DNA of 50,890 bases from a virus (IMGVR_UViG_3300037584_001746:1-50890); one strand, 5' to 3'; numbered from the stretch's first letter, positions 9,999 through 19,104 are shown. Numbers and translations: made by a program. Notes: generated from the sequence alone by a model not told the origin.

Positions 9999-10412
9999 AT
10001 GGCGGCACAAAAGGGTTCAGCCCTATTAATGAAAATCGGTGACGGTTCAAGCCCAGAGGCCTTTACAACAATCGGTGGTATGCGTTCGACCTCATTGACC
10101 ATGAATGATGAGATGGTTGATGTAACAAATAAAGATTCATCAAGAGCAAGAACCTTGTTGGCTCAAGGTGGCGTTACATCAATTACTGTGTCAGGCAGTG
10201 GGGTTTTTACGGATAGCGCATCAGAAACCACCCTCAAGGGAAAGTTTGATGTATCAGCGTTAACAAACTATCAATTTCTTGTTCCTGATTTTGGTACATT
10301 CACAGGGAATTTTCAGTTAACAACTCTGGAATATGGCGGAGAGTTTAACGGTGAAGTGACTTATAGCTTTACCTTTGAAAGCTCTGGCGCGATTACATTC
10401 GCAACGGTCTAA
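9999..10412 (+). CDS. Major tail tube protein (TP901-1/GTA family)
   Basis: MAAQKG...GMRS...VDVTNKDS...SGSGVF...PDFG...GEVTY...SSG. Confidence 0.9.
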   Translation: MAAQKGSALLMKIGDGSSPEAFTTIGGMRSTSLTMNDEMVDVTNKDSSRARTLLAQGGVTSITVSGSGVFTDSASETTLKGKFDVSALTNYQFLVPDFGTFTGNFQLTTLEYGGEFNGEVTYSFTFESSGAITFATV

Positions 10413-10416
10413 TAGT

Positions 10417-10710
10417 ATGAGTTGGGAATCAGTAGATATTGAAGTTGGTGGCAAAAGCTACTCAGGACACGTTATGTCTGATGGTGAACAAACCATCTTC
10501 AATATTCCCCCTTCCTCTGAATTAGAGGTGGGCGGGAAATTCAAATGCGGTGGCAAATCATTTACCGCCGTTATTGTCCACGATGTCGCTCAGAGGGGCG
10601 AGGAATTATTAGTTGAAACCAAGGAGGTTTATGGTGGCGGTCAATCCAAAAAGAGGGGAACTCCAGATAGTTCTGGGGGAGACGAAATATCAGGGGAGAG
10701 TGACGCTTGA
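10417..10710 (+). CDS. Hypothetical protein between tail tube and chaperone
   Basis: 97-aa ORF filling the gap; 3' end overlaps the next gene by 80 nt. Confidence 0.55.
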   Translation: MSWESVDIEVGGKSYSGHVMSDGEQTIFNIPPSSELEVGGKFKCGGKSFTAVIVHDVAQRGEELLVETKEVYGGGQSKKRGTPDSSGGDEISGESDA

Positions 10711-10984
10711 TGTCGTAATGCGTATTGAAAGACAGATGGGCAGAGGCATAGTAAAAATTGCTCAAGCCATGTCTAATGCAGACATTAGCGTATCTGATAT
10801 TTTAACCATCCTTACGCCAGTTATAAGGGCTGGGGGTAATGATGTGAAAGAAAAAGATTTGCATTCCGTTATTTGGGAAGCGGGGTTGACTGAAGGCATA
10901 AGGGTTTGTGGTGAAGTTATAGCCATTGCCCTTGGTCACGAGGACGATGAGGGAAACGTGGAGGGGGCGGCTCAACTTCTGTAG
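10631..10984 (+). CDS. Tail assembly chaperone (gpG-like/GTA gp10-like)
   Basis: NPKRGE motif; AAGGAGG RBS; lies between tail tube and tape measure. Confidence 0.8.
   Translation: MVAVNPKRGELQIVLGETKYQGRVTLDVVMRIERQMGRGIVKIAQAMSNADISVSDILTILTPVIRAGGNDVKEKDLHSVIWEAGLTEGIRVCGEVIAIALGHEDDEGNVEGAAQLL
10951..10957 (+). other. -1 programmed ribosomal frameshift site G GGA AAC
   Basis: In-frame X XXY YYZ heptamer near the chaperone 3' end; -1 frame open to 11178. Confidence 0.8.
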
Positions 10985-11178
10985 AAGAACTACCATGGGA
11001 ATCATGGATGGAATTAGCCCTTGGAAAAATGGGGATGAGGCCAGACGATTTTTGGAATATGGGATTCCCTGAGTTTTATGCGGCTGTAGAAGGATTTGCA
11101 GAGTTTCATTCTGGTGGTAAACCGCCTCCACTAAAAAAGAATGAGCTTGAAGAACTGATGGAGTTATATCCAGACTAA
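10951..11178 (+). CDS. Frameshifted C-terminal part of tail chaperone (gpGT-like); not in ORF track
   Basis: -1 frame reads ...LPWESWMELALGKMGMRPDDFWNMGFPEF...LEELMELYPD*; stop overlaps tape-measure ATG. Confidence 0.8.
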   Translation, partial: GKRGGGGSTSVEELPWESWMELALGKMGMRPDDFWNMGFPEFYAAVEGFAEFHSGGKPPPLKKNELEELMELYPD

Positions 11179-13484
11179 TGGCGGCAACAACAGTAGATAC
11201 ACTTCTTGTTAAAATTGAGGCTGATCTCAGTAGTCTAAAGAGACAGCTTGCTCAATCTCAAGCGGCAACCCAGAGAACTGCTGGTAGGATGCAGGGTGCC
11301 TTCCGTAAAATGGAAGCATCTGTTGGTCTGCTTGTCGCTAGGTTTGGTAATTTAAGAACAGGAATATTGGCTGTTGGCGCAGTAATCGCTACAGGTTTGG
11401 GAATGGGCATTGCTAGAACAAATGCTCAGTTTCAAGACCTTGAGGTGACTTTATCTACAGTCTTTGGTGGCATGGAAGAAGGCCAAGCCGCCATGGAATT
11501 TATTCAAATATTCGCACAACGCACCCCATTTGATATTCAAACGCTTTCTAAGGCATTTATTCAGTTGGGTGGCGCGGGAATAAAGCCAACTGAAGAACTG
11601 CTTACGACCTTTGGTGATGCCGCCGCCGCTACAACAAACAGGGTCGCTTCATTTGAGGCTATGGTCAGGATTGCGACAAGAGCAGTGGGCGGTGGCCTTG
11701 GACTTGAAGAACTGGAGCAATTAGTCAATCAAGGCATACCAGTTTACAAGATATTACAACGTGAAATAAATGTTTCTCGTCAAGAAATATCTGAATTAGG
11801 CCAGACCGCTGAAGGCGCGGCAAAAATTATGGAAGGCTTGCAGAGAGGTCTGCAAAAAGATTTTGGCGGTGGCATGGCAAAGGCCGCACATAATTTATCC
11901 GTAATGATGTCCAATCTTGGAATTGCCGCAACTAATCTTACACTCGCGCTTGGTGAGGGCATTGGCGGTGTAGGGCTTACTGTAGCCTTTACATTCTTAG
12001 CTGAAACATTGACGCAGTTTGCCGTTATTTTAAAGCCTGTTGTCCATCTTTTGGGGGTGGTGTTGGCTGGCGCGGTGGCGGCTGTTGTTTTGCCATTTAG
12101 ACTTTTATCAGAAGCCATTTTGTTGGTTGCAAGAGGTTTGGTGGAGTTAGGCAAATTTGTAGGACAATTTGAAGGGTTTGAATTTATTGCAGATGCCGCC
12201 AATTCTTTAAATGCAAGCCTTGATGACCTTGCGGCCAAAATGAATAAAAACATCAAGGGGTTAAAAGACACAGGCAAAAGCAGTGAAGAAGCAGATAAAA
12301 AAATAGTCACTTTAAAAGGCGATATCCAGCACCTCAAAGACCAGTTAGCTAATATGCCAGAGGTTTATCTCAAAGCTAATGAGATGACCAGAGGCTTTAA
12401 CGATATGAATGCGGAACAGCTTCAAATAATAACGGACTTGATAGCTGAACATGACAAGCTGACAAAACAACTTGATGCAAAAACCAAAGCAACTACGGAC
12501 GCAACGAAAAAGGACGACGACTTAAAAAAGATTGTTAGTGACCTTACGTTTGAAAATGAGCAAATGGTCAAAGCCAATCTAGGGGTTTCTGAGTCAACGT
12601 TACAATATCAAGAAATTTTGCGAGCATTTGGCGGCGACTTAGGTGAGCATACGACTAAAATTAAAACCCTAATTAGAGAGCAACATGAGATAAGAAAAGC
12701 ACAAGAGAAAAGTGAAAAGGCGCAAGAGGAATACAATGAGAGGATAGAGGAAGGCACACAGCTTGCCGCCGCTTACATACCGCAACAACAAATTTTAGAA
12801 GAAAATCTACGCAAAATAGAAGATGCTTTTTATGCTGGTGAGATAGCGCAAGACGCTTTTAATGCGGCATCTGCGGACATAGATATGCAGATAAAGAGAC
12901 TTAACCCAGAATTTAGAAGATTGCATGATGCGGCCTTAAAAGCCGCAGATGGTGTTTCAAATGCTCTGGCAGACGCCTTTGTAAACGGCAAATTTTCACT
13001 TCAAAGCCTTGGTGATGTGTTCAAGCAAGTTATAAAACAAATGATAGCAGATGCTATTAAGGCTCAAATTATCAAACATATCCTTGGGCCAATATTTGGG
13101 GCAATGGGCATACCCATGGCTGGGGGAGGCGGGGCTGTTGGCTCTGGCTCGACCGCTAATACATTTGTGTCTGCATCAGACAGTTTTGCGTCAGGCGGCA
13201 GAATATCAAGGAGGGCAACTGGTGGTCCAGTGATGGTTGGTGAGCGTGGTCCAGAACTATTCATTCCACACAGCGCAGGGGTTATTAGGAACAACCATGA
13301 CACAATGAATATGATGGGCGGCGCAACACAGCCAGTTGTCAATCAAACCATCAATATTGATGCTGGAGTTTCTCAGACAGTTAGGGCAGAGGTGATAAGC
13401 ATGATGCCAAGAATAAAACAGGAAACCATTGCCGCTATGATGGATGGTAAGCGTAGAGGCACTTCAATTTCAAAGGTATTTTAG
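11178..13484 (+). CDS. Tail tape measure protein
   Basis: 768 aa, Ala/Leu-rich helical; AQRTPFD; C-terminal ATGGPV.VGERGPELFIP. Confidence 0.92.
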   Translation: MAATTVDTLLVKIEADLSSLKRQLAQSQAATQRTAGRMQGAFRKMEASVGLLVARFGNLRTGILAVGAVIATGLGMGIARTNAQFQDLEVTLSTVFGGMEEGQAAMEFIQIFAQRTPFDIQTLSKAFIQLGGAGIKPTEELLTTFGDAAAATTNRVASFEAMVRIATRAVGGGLGLEELEQLVNQGIPVYKILQREINVSRQEISELGQTAEGAAKIMEGLQRGLQKDFGGGMAKAAHNLSVMMSNLGIAATNLTLALGEGIGGVGLTVAFTFLAETLTQFAVILKPVVHLLGVVLAGAVAAVVLPFRLLSEAILLVARGLVELGKFVGQFEGFEFIADAANSLNASLDDLAAKMNKNIKGLKDTGKSSEEADKKIVTLKGDIQHLKDQLANMPEVYLKANEMTRGFNDMNAEQLQIITDLIAEHDKLTKQLDAKTKATTDATKKDDDLKKIVSDLTFENEQMVKANLGVSESTLQYQEILRAFGGDLGEHTTKIKTLIREQHEIRKAQEKSEKAQEEYNERIEEGTQLAAAYIPQQQILEENLRKIEDAFYAGEIAQDAFNAASADIDMQIKRLNPEFRRLHDAALKAADGVSNALADAFVNGKFSLQSLGDVFKQVIKQMIADAIKAQIIKHILGPIFGAMGIPMAGGGGAVGSGSTANTFVSASDSFASGGRISRRATGGPVMVGERGPELFIPHSAGVIRNNHDTMNMMGGATQPVVNQTINIDAGVSQTVRAEVISMMPRIKQETIAAMMDGKRRGTSISKVF

Positions 13485-14111
13485 ATGTCAGCCCCAACTT
13501 ATCCATTAACACTGCCAGCAGCACCCGCTTTTGCGAAAGCCAAGTGGTCGCTAAAACGTGTTACAGCCGTATCTGAATCACCATTCACAGGCCAGCAACA
13601 GGTTTTTGATTATGGATATGCGTTATGGCAGGCCGTTCTTACATTGCCGCCCATGATGCGATCTGATGCGGCAAACTGGGAAGCGTTTATGATGAAGTTG
13701 CATGGACGCAAGGGCACTTTTTTGTTAGGTGACCCAGATGCAAAAGCAATTCAAGGCGGAGCAAATACATCTGCTACACTCAATGCAAACATAGCAGTCG
13801 GTGATTTTGTTGTGCCAATAAATACCAATAACGCAAACATGACTAATGTATTTAAGGCTGGCGATTATATCCAAATTGGGTCAGCGGCGGCGGCAAAACT
13901 CTACATGATTGTGGATAATGCAACATCAAATGGGTCTGGCGTTGCCAGTGTTAACGTAGAGCCAGCGATAAAAACAGCGGCATCAAGCGGGGCATCCGTA
14001 GATTTCACAGCCGCCCAAGGTGTGTTTAGAATGGACAGTGCTGATCTTGGCTGGGATACAAATGAGGTTTCAAGATATGGCATCACGTTCTCTTGTACGG
14101 AGGCATTGTGA
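13485..14111 (+). CDS. Distal tail-like protein
   Basis: Follows tape measure; SPFTGQQQ...WQAVLTLPPM...KAGDYI...EAL. Confidence 0.7.
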   Translation: MSAPTYPLTLPAAPAFAKAKWSLKRVTAVSESPFTGQQQVFDYGYALWQAVLTLPPMMRSDAANWEAFMMKLHGRKGTFLLGDPDAKAIQGGANTSATLNANIAVGDFVVPINTNNANMTNVFKAGDYIQIGSAAAAKLYMIVDNATSNGSGVASVNVEPAIKTAASSGASVDFTAAQGVFRMDSADLGWDTNEVSRYGITFSCTEAL

Positions 14112-14344
14112 TGGAAGATGTAACGATAGCTAACGTGCTGTGGTTTATTGCTACATTGTTGGTTGGCTTTTTTATAAAAACCATGTGGGAAAGAATCAGT
14201 CTTTTAAATAGGCGTGTGGATAATTGGTCAACGGTCATGCCAGAGACGTATGTGAGGCGGGATGACTACAGAGATGACATCCGCGACATCAAAGAAATGC
14301 TGGGCAAAATTTTTGACAGATTAGAGATGAAGGCAGACAAATGA
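14111..14344 (+). CDS. Small membrane protein, holin/antiholin candidate
   Basis: N-terminal TM plus YVRRDDY coiled coil; precedes endolysin. Confidence 0.55.
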   Translation: MEDVTIANVLWFIATLLVGFFIKTMWERISLLNRRVDNWSTVMPETYVRRDDYRDDIRDIKEMLGKIFDRLEMKADK

Positions 14345-14769
14345 ACAAAAACAGATTTATTTCGCAAATTCGCTTCCATGAGGGTGTGGAGAGTAAGGTC
14401 TATAAAGACCATCTGGGAATAGAGACTATCGGGGTAGGTAGAAACCTGAAAGACCGTGGCTTATCAGAAGATGAGATTGATTACCTTTTGACCAATGACA
14501 TCACCATAATTGAGAACGAGCTTGATAAGGCGTTCCCTTGGTGGAGAGATTTAGATGAGGTGCGTCAACGTGCGTTAGCTGATTTGGCTTTCAATATGGG
14601 AATCCCTAGATTGCATGGCTTTGTTAAAATGCTTGGGGGATTACAGCGTAGGGATTACCACGCCGCCGCAGAGGAGTTGCTTGATTCCAAGTATGCAAAA
14701 CAGGTTGGCGCAAGATCAGAGCGTGTCGCTGGCATGATAAGAACAGGTGAGGACAGTAGTGATTTTTAA
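14341..14769 (+). CDS. Endolysin, T4-lysozyme-like (GH24)
   Basis: HEG...YKDHLGIETIGVGRNL (E-x8-D-x5-T triad); FNMG; LDSKYAKQVGAR. Confidence 0.9.
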   Translation: MNKNRFISQIRFHEGVESKVYKDHLGIETIGVGRNLKDRGLSEDEIDYLLTNDITIIENELDKAFPWWRDLDEVRQRALADLAFNMGIPRLHGFVKMLGGLQRRDYHAAAEELLDSKYAKQVGARSERVAGMIRTGEDSSDF

Positions 14770-14975
14770 TGCAGACAGTGTTCGTTCTTCTCATTTTTTT
14801 AGGGGGGTCATTGCAAAGTGGTAATACTTTTTTTGCCGATATTGATAGGTGTCTGTATTTCGCAAATCGGATTATGTCTAATCCCCCAAATCCTAAAGGC
14901 GAGAGAGGTGCGGTATACAAGGCCATTTGCGAGATTAGAAAAGTAAACCCAGAGCAGGTAATGGTTCATAGGTGA
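14769..14975 (+). CDS. Small two-cysteine hypothetical protein
   Basis: Hydrophobic N-terminus ending LGG; two Cys; coupled to endolysin stop. Confidence 0.65.
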   Translation: MQTVFVLLIFLGGSLQSGNTFFADIDRCLYFANRIMSNPPNPKGERGAVYKAICEIRKVNPEQVMVHR

Positions 14976-14978
14976 TTT

Positions 14979-15365
14979 ATGTATGAATATAAAATCAAAG
15001 AAGTGGTCAAGGTTGTTGATGGAGATACCATCGACATAATTATTGATTTGGGTTTTGACCTCACCAAAAAAGAACGTGTGCGTTTAGCTGGTATTGACAC
15101 ACCAGAAAGCAGAACCAAAGACTTAGAAGAAAAAGAGCTTGGCTTAGAAGCAAAAGAATTTCTGGAACGCCGTGTGGCAGACTGTAACAATCTTTGGGTA
15201 TCGACAGAGAAAGACGGCAAATATGGTCGGATGCTTGGAAATATCTGGTGCGGAGTAATAAACATTAATGAGGAAATGGTCAGCCGTGGATATGCGTGGG
15301 AATATGATGGCGGCAAAAAAGAAAAAAACCTAGATGACCTTAGAACGATTAGAGGGATTATATAA
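14979..15365 (+). CDS. Thermonuclease (staphylococcal nuclease-like)
   Basis: VVDGDT...VRLAGIDTPE...GKYGRMLG...NEEMVSRGYA. Confidence 0.9.
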   Translation: MYEYKIKEVVKVVDGDTIDIIIDLGFDLTKKERVRLAGIDTPESRTKDLEEKELGLEAKEFLERRVADCNNLWVSTEKDGKYGRMLGNIWCGVININEEMVSRGYAWEYDGGKKEKNLDDLRTIRGII

Positions 15366-15368
15366 GAA

Positions 15369-15611
15369 ATGTTTAATGTCCACCATACGGTTGAGGTGGC
15401 TTATATTCTTGTAATAACAATGTGGGGTCATACAGGAGTTGAATGGCAGTATATTGGCAATCAAATCGCTTTACAGCAAGAAATGACAGAGGAGCAATGT
15501 CTTTATCTGATAGCTGAAGATATGTGGAAAGCAACTTATGAAAATGAATTTTATCAGGTAAGGGCGCATTGTTTCCCCTCAAGTTGTTCTGGGAAGGAAA
15601 GTTGTGACTGA
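15369..15611 (+). CDS. Small cysteine-containing hypothetical protein
   Basis: YILVITMWG...EQC...AHCFP; in operon. Confidence 0.6.
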   Translation: MFNVHHTVEVAYILVITMWGHTGVEWQYIGNQIALQQEMTEEQCLYLIAEDMWKATYENEFYQVRAHCFPSSCSGKESCD

Positions 15612-15816
15612 AGAAAAGAAAAAGCCTGTATCTGTTAACGTGGGAGAGAATAGCTTTGAGCTTGTTTTGCGGATACTTGGCAATGAGTTCGTAGCTATCA
15701 AAATAGGGTCTACCAATTTTAGCGGGAAACTAATCGCTGGTGGTATTTTGTTATTGTTTTTCACGTTTATGCTTATGGAGGTATTTGGTCTTTCACGGAT
15801 TATGGGCGTTGAGTGA
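15604..15816 (+). CDS. Small membrane protein
   Basis: GTG start with GGAAGG upstream; C-terminal TM. Confidence 0.65.
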   Translation: MTEEKKKPVSVNVGENSFELVLRILGNEFVAIKIGSTNFSGKLIAGGILLLFFTFMLMEVFGLSRIMGVE

Positions 15817-16220
15817 TGGCTACAAAGTTAAGTGAAAACACTGAACTGGCAATGCCTATACGAAATCTTATTGCATTGCTAATTGCGGCAACAGTCGGAA
15901 CATGGGCTTATTTTGGTGTCATTGAACGCCTAAATACAATAGAGAATAAAATCCTTTTGATGGAAACAGATTTAGGAATGAACACGGAGTTTCGCATTAA
16001 GTGGCCTAGAGGCGAGATGGGAAGTCTGCCAGCCGATAGCGAGCAATTTATGCTGATTGAGCATCTAAGTGACCAGCTTGCAAAACTGCAAGAACAGATA
16101 GACGAGGGTCGTGCTCCACATGATCAACAGCAAAAACTGACTTTAGATTTTTTTGAAAAACGGCTGACGAATATAGAAGGGCAAATTGAGAAATTAAGGA
16201 ACGGACAACGTGGTAACTGA
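15816..16220 (+). CDS. Membrane-anchored coiled-coil protein (spanin-like candidate)
   Basis: N-terminal TM then coiled coil, in lysis region. Confidence 0.55.
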   Translation: MATKLSENTELAMPIRNLIALLIAATVGTWAYFGVIERLNTIENKILLMETDLGMNTEFRIKWPRGEMGSLPADSEQFMLIEHLSDQLAKLQEQIDEGRAPHDQQQKLTLDFFEKRLTNIEGQIEKLRNGQRGN

Positions 16221-16428
16221 AACAATCGCATTGATACTATATATGGGCGGTGATGTTGCAGAGCATACAGCGTTTGAAAAAATATCTAAATGCCTCAAAA
16301 CCAAACGAAAAATAGAAAGAAATTTATATAAGAAATCAACGGCGGTTAGATATTCTTGTGAGAACAAAACTGTTGTTATTGAGAAAAACGCTGATGGAAC
16401 AAATTACATCGTGAGGATAGTGGAATGA
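16210..16428 (+). CDS. Small two-cysteine hypothetical protein
   Basis: ALILYMGG...SKCL...RYSCE. Confidence 0.65.
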   Translation: MVTETIALILYMGGDVAEHTAFEKISKCLKTKRKIERNLYKKSTAVRYSCENKTVVIEKNADGTNYIVRIVE

Positions 16429-16802
16429 TACAAGCTCTAATTGGACCAATAGCGAATCTTGCTGGGTCATGGATGGAATCAAAGGTTGAGCAAACAAAGG
16501 CCAAGGGTGCGGTTGCTAAAGCAAAAGCAGAAGCAGAAGCAGAGGTAATGAAGGTCGCCGCCACCCATGAGGCAGGGTGGGAAAAGATTATGGCTCAAGC
16601 ATCTGATAACTCATGGAAAGACGAAGCGTGGACAATTCTCTTTATTGTCATAATTGCTATGTGCTTTATTCCGTTTACACAACCGTATGTTGAAGAAGGT
16701 TTTGCGGCTCTTTCTCGTACACCAGAGTGGTTTCAGTGGGCTATGTACGCTTCAATCGGTGCGAGCTTCGGAATACGCGGGATAAAAGGGTTCAAAAAGT
16801 AA
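16425..16802 (+). CDS. Holin-like membrane protein
   Basis: SWKDE followed by TM segments and PEW...SFGIR. Confidence 0.7.
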   Translation: MIQALIGPIANLAGSWMESKVEQTKAKGAVAKAKAEAEAEVMKVAATHEAGWEKIMAQASDNSWKDEAWTILFIVIIAMCFIPFTQPYVEEGFAALSRTPEWFQWAMYASIGASFGIRGIKGFKK

Positions 16803-17068
16803 TGTCTGGGAAGAAAAGCCGTACAGGTCTATCAAATGTCCAGAATGTTCGGCTTGGCGGTCTTATCGCCATTTTAAGCGGCAGAGAGCCTTATGACTTT
16901 ATTTTAGGTGGGTTGATAAGCGAAGGTTTCGTAAACCGCTCTGGTGGGGCTTTAAACATCACGGAAAAGGGTATGCGTGAAAAAGATAGGCTTGTTACTT
17001 TGGCTGGCTTGATGGTGGAAAAAGAGCATTTACCGAAAGGGATCGCCAGATACCCAGCAAACCAATGA
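16802..17068 (+). CDS. Hypothetical protein, possible winged helix
   Basis: LISEGFV...LNITEKG; coupled to previous stop. Confidence 0.55.
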   Translation: MSGKKSRTGLSNVQNVRLGGLIAILSGREPYDFILGGLISEGFVNRSGGALNITEKGMREKDRLVTLAGLMVEKEHLPKGIARYPANQ

Positions 17069-17605
17069 CCACCTTATACCCTTTGTCACTGGTGTTACAC
17101 GATGAGGCATGAAAGCGGGGAAGCAAACAGCCATTCCCCTATCAGGCGTTATCAAGGTTTCGCCAGTAGAGAAAAAACCCATATCACCGCCCTCATAACC
17201 ATCATTTAAAATTATAGATATGCTTATCTTGCGTGTTGAGTGGTCTCCGTGTCCAATATCAGTGTGCCAATCATATCCCCTAGATGGTGCATGATATTTC
17301 AATAATTGTGGTCGTTCAACAAGCCCTGACAAATTCAATTGAAATTGATCATTGGCGGTTATAGCGGCAGTGCAGATTAAGGCATCAACCCATTGGTTGT
17401 TTTCATGTATCACCCAAATATCAGTATCGCGTGTTTTAATATCTACAACATTTGAATTATCTGTTTGGATTCGACCAGTTTTGTGAGGGTTTTGTGAATC
17501 TTTGTGTAGATTGATTATCTTGTCACAGTCATCTTGTGAAAGCTGAAAAGCAGACATAACGCCCAATTCTCGCTCTGCCGCTTTGGGTGGTATCGCCATG
17601 CTCAT
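17030..17605 (-). CDS. 2OG-Fe(II) oxygenase (prolyl 4-hydroxylase/PKHD-like)
   Basis: YDWHTD...RKISISIILN..YEGG...HRVTPVTKGIRWSLVCW (HxD...H...RxS). Confidence 0.9.
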   Translation of the reverse strand: MSMAIPPKAAERELGVMSAFQLSQDDCDKIINLHKDSQNPHKTGRIQTDNSNVVDIKTRDTDIWVIHENNQWVDALICTAAITANDQFQLNLSGLVERPQLLKYHAPSRGYDWHTDIGHGDHSTRKISISIILNDGYEGGDMGFFSTGETLITPDRGMAVCFPAFMPHRVTPVTKGIRWSLVCWVSGDPFR

Positions 17606-17606
17606 T

Positions 17607-17786
17607 TTATACTCCTATCAACTGTTGTACTGTGAAGCAATGTCCTTCTTTTTGCCATATACTTGTATCTATACTGACGCAACCAAGTACAGCGTTTATT
17701 ATAATCCATTCAAAAAACAAGATAGCAAAGAAACATAATACTAAGATACTGAAAATTTTAATTGGTTTTATTAGGTAAATAGCCAT
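17607..17786 (-). CDS. Small membrane protein (59 aa); not in ORF track
   Basis: MAIYLIKPIKIFSILVLCFFAILFFEWIIINAVLGC...; ACGGAGG RBS. Confidence 0.65.
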   Translation of the reverse strand: MAIYLIKPIKIFSILVLCFFAILFFEWIIINAVLGCVSIDTSIWQKEGHCFTVQQLIGV

Positions 17787-17800
17787 TATAACCTCCGTTA

Positions 17801-17971
17801 TTAATGATACGTTCCAACGGCAAAAGGGTCAAATTGCAGTTCAACAATCTTGACGTTATCTATCTCTAAAGATTTTTTGTGCCAGTGATCTAGTACTTTT
17901 TTTGCGGCCTCTTTGTGTTCCGTTTTACACACAAACACCGCCTCATTTTTATAGTAAACAGCGATATACAT
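17801..17971 (-). CDS. Hypothetical protein (56 aa); not in ORF track
   Basis: MYIAVYYKNEAVFVCKTEHKEAAKK...; CACGGAG RBS. Confidence 0.65.
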   Translation of the reverse strand: MYIAVYYKNEAVFVCKTEHKEAAKKVLDHWHKKSLEIDNVKIVELQFDPFAVGTYH

Positions 17972-17987
17972 TTGAATCTCCGTGAAT

Positions 17988-18012
17988 AAAAAAGAGGGGC
18001 AAAATGCCCCTC
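17988..18012 (-). terminator. Intrinsic terminator
   Basis: Minus strand GAGGGGC-atttt-GCCCCTC plus T-run just after the 18019 stop. Confidence 0.7.
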
Positions 18013-18018
18013 AGTATA

Positions 18019-18900
18019 TCATGCCGCAATAAGCTTGGTGTTTTCCCAACTTGGCTTTGCCAATACTTCGCTTATCATTGAATCTCTTGCCTTAGATGTA
18101 TTATGTGGCTTTAAAGTATCTTCTGTATGTGATGCCCAATATGTCATGGCGTTATATAAAGCCCATTTGTTTTTGCCCAATTTATTAGAATCATCATCCC
18201 AAAGCCTCATCAATGTATTAAGGCGAGACTCATTCCATCTAATTGTAGATGTTTTGCTCTTTACATTGCAAAGGGTGGCTTTAAAAAAATCCTCAGCCAT
18301 CTGTCTAGATACAGGTGTTTTCATCCACTCTTGCCACATTTCTTTTTTCTTAAAGAAGGCATCAACACCAGCAGTTATTTTAGATGCGGAAGCTTCTACC
18401 GATATGCCCTTTGTATGTTTAGAAATTGTTTCGGCTATTGTATCTGTATCGGCGCAACCATTTTTACACCATAGACGAAACCCTCTGGCTGATTGCTGAA
18501 ACGACCAAGAGCCATCGTATGAATTGTAAAATAGAACCTGAAACCTCACATAATCGCCAACATCTGGCTCAATGACCAAATCATTAAACAAGATACTACC
18601 TCGCATTTTTGCGCCATCTTCTAAAACATCAATTTTACAATCCATGTCTTTAGATACCTTTGCGTCTGCGACAGCATCCAGTATACTGTTCACCACATCG
18701 TCATGCTTTATGGCGGTATATTTAGACCCATGCACACCTAAGACCTTATTGGTGTCCGTTCTAACGATAGCCCTAGACATCTGTGGTGGAACCTCGACAT
18801 CTGGTTTGTTTTCTGTTTCAGAAACCGCCCATAGATTATAGGTGTCAACTGGAAAGTCCCATTCATTTTTCAAAATATTGATATTGCCGTCCATTTTCAT
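18019..18900 (-). CDS. DUF932-family protein
   Basis: AIVRTDT...LGV...Y...NSYDGS...FRLWCKNG...KHT...WALYNAMT. Confidence 0.8.
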   Translation of the reverse strand: MKMDGNINILKNEWDFPVDTYNLWAVSETENKPDVEVPPQMSRAIVRTDTNKVLGVHGSKYTAIKHDDVVNSILDAVADAKVSKDMDCKIDVLEDGAKMRGSILFNDLVIEPDVGDYVRFQVLFYNSYDGSWSFQQSARGFRLWCKNGCADTDTIAETISKHTKGISVEASASKITAGVDAFFKKKEMWQEWMKTPVSRQMAEDFFKATLCNVKSKTSTIRWNESRLNTLMRLWDDDSNKLGKNKWALYNAMTYWASHTEDTLKPHNTSKARDSMISEVLAKPSWENTKLIAA

Positions 18901-18918
18901 CTCCTTATGGTCGCCTGA

Positions 18919-19104
18919 TTAAACGTCATTCATTTGAATGGCGCGTCTTAAAACTCTGTTTCTTTCTGATTGTGATAGTTCAGAAATTACATTGAGAACC
19001 TTGATTGCATATCTACGCTCATGTTGAGCAGTAAATGTCTTGGTTCTTGGTTTTTTCAGCCCTAGCTTTTTTAGGGTTTCTGAATCAAGTTCTTCTATAT
19101 TCAT
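18919..19104 (-). CDS. Hypothetical protein
   Basis: 61 aa; ACGGAGGCGACC-ATG leader. Confidence 0.75.
   Translation of the reverse strand: MNIEELDSETLKKLGLKKPRTKTFTAQHERRYAIKVLNVISELSQSERNRVLRRAIQMNDV

Noticed and set aside
11780-12337. 185-aa minus ORF and similar antisense ORFs (e.g. 18035-18499, 33153-33551, 40829-41197)
   Set aside because: Shadows of well-supported genes on the opposite strand, no RBS or motifs
8138-13484. Gene transfer agent cluster
   Set aside because: GTA-like tail genes are present, but so are replication, recombination and early modules, with no host genes
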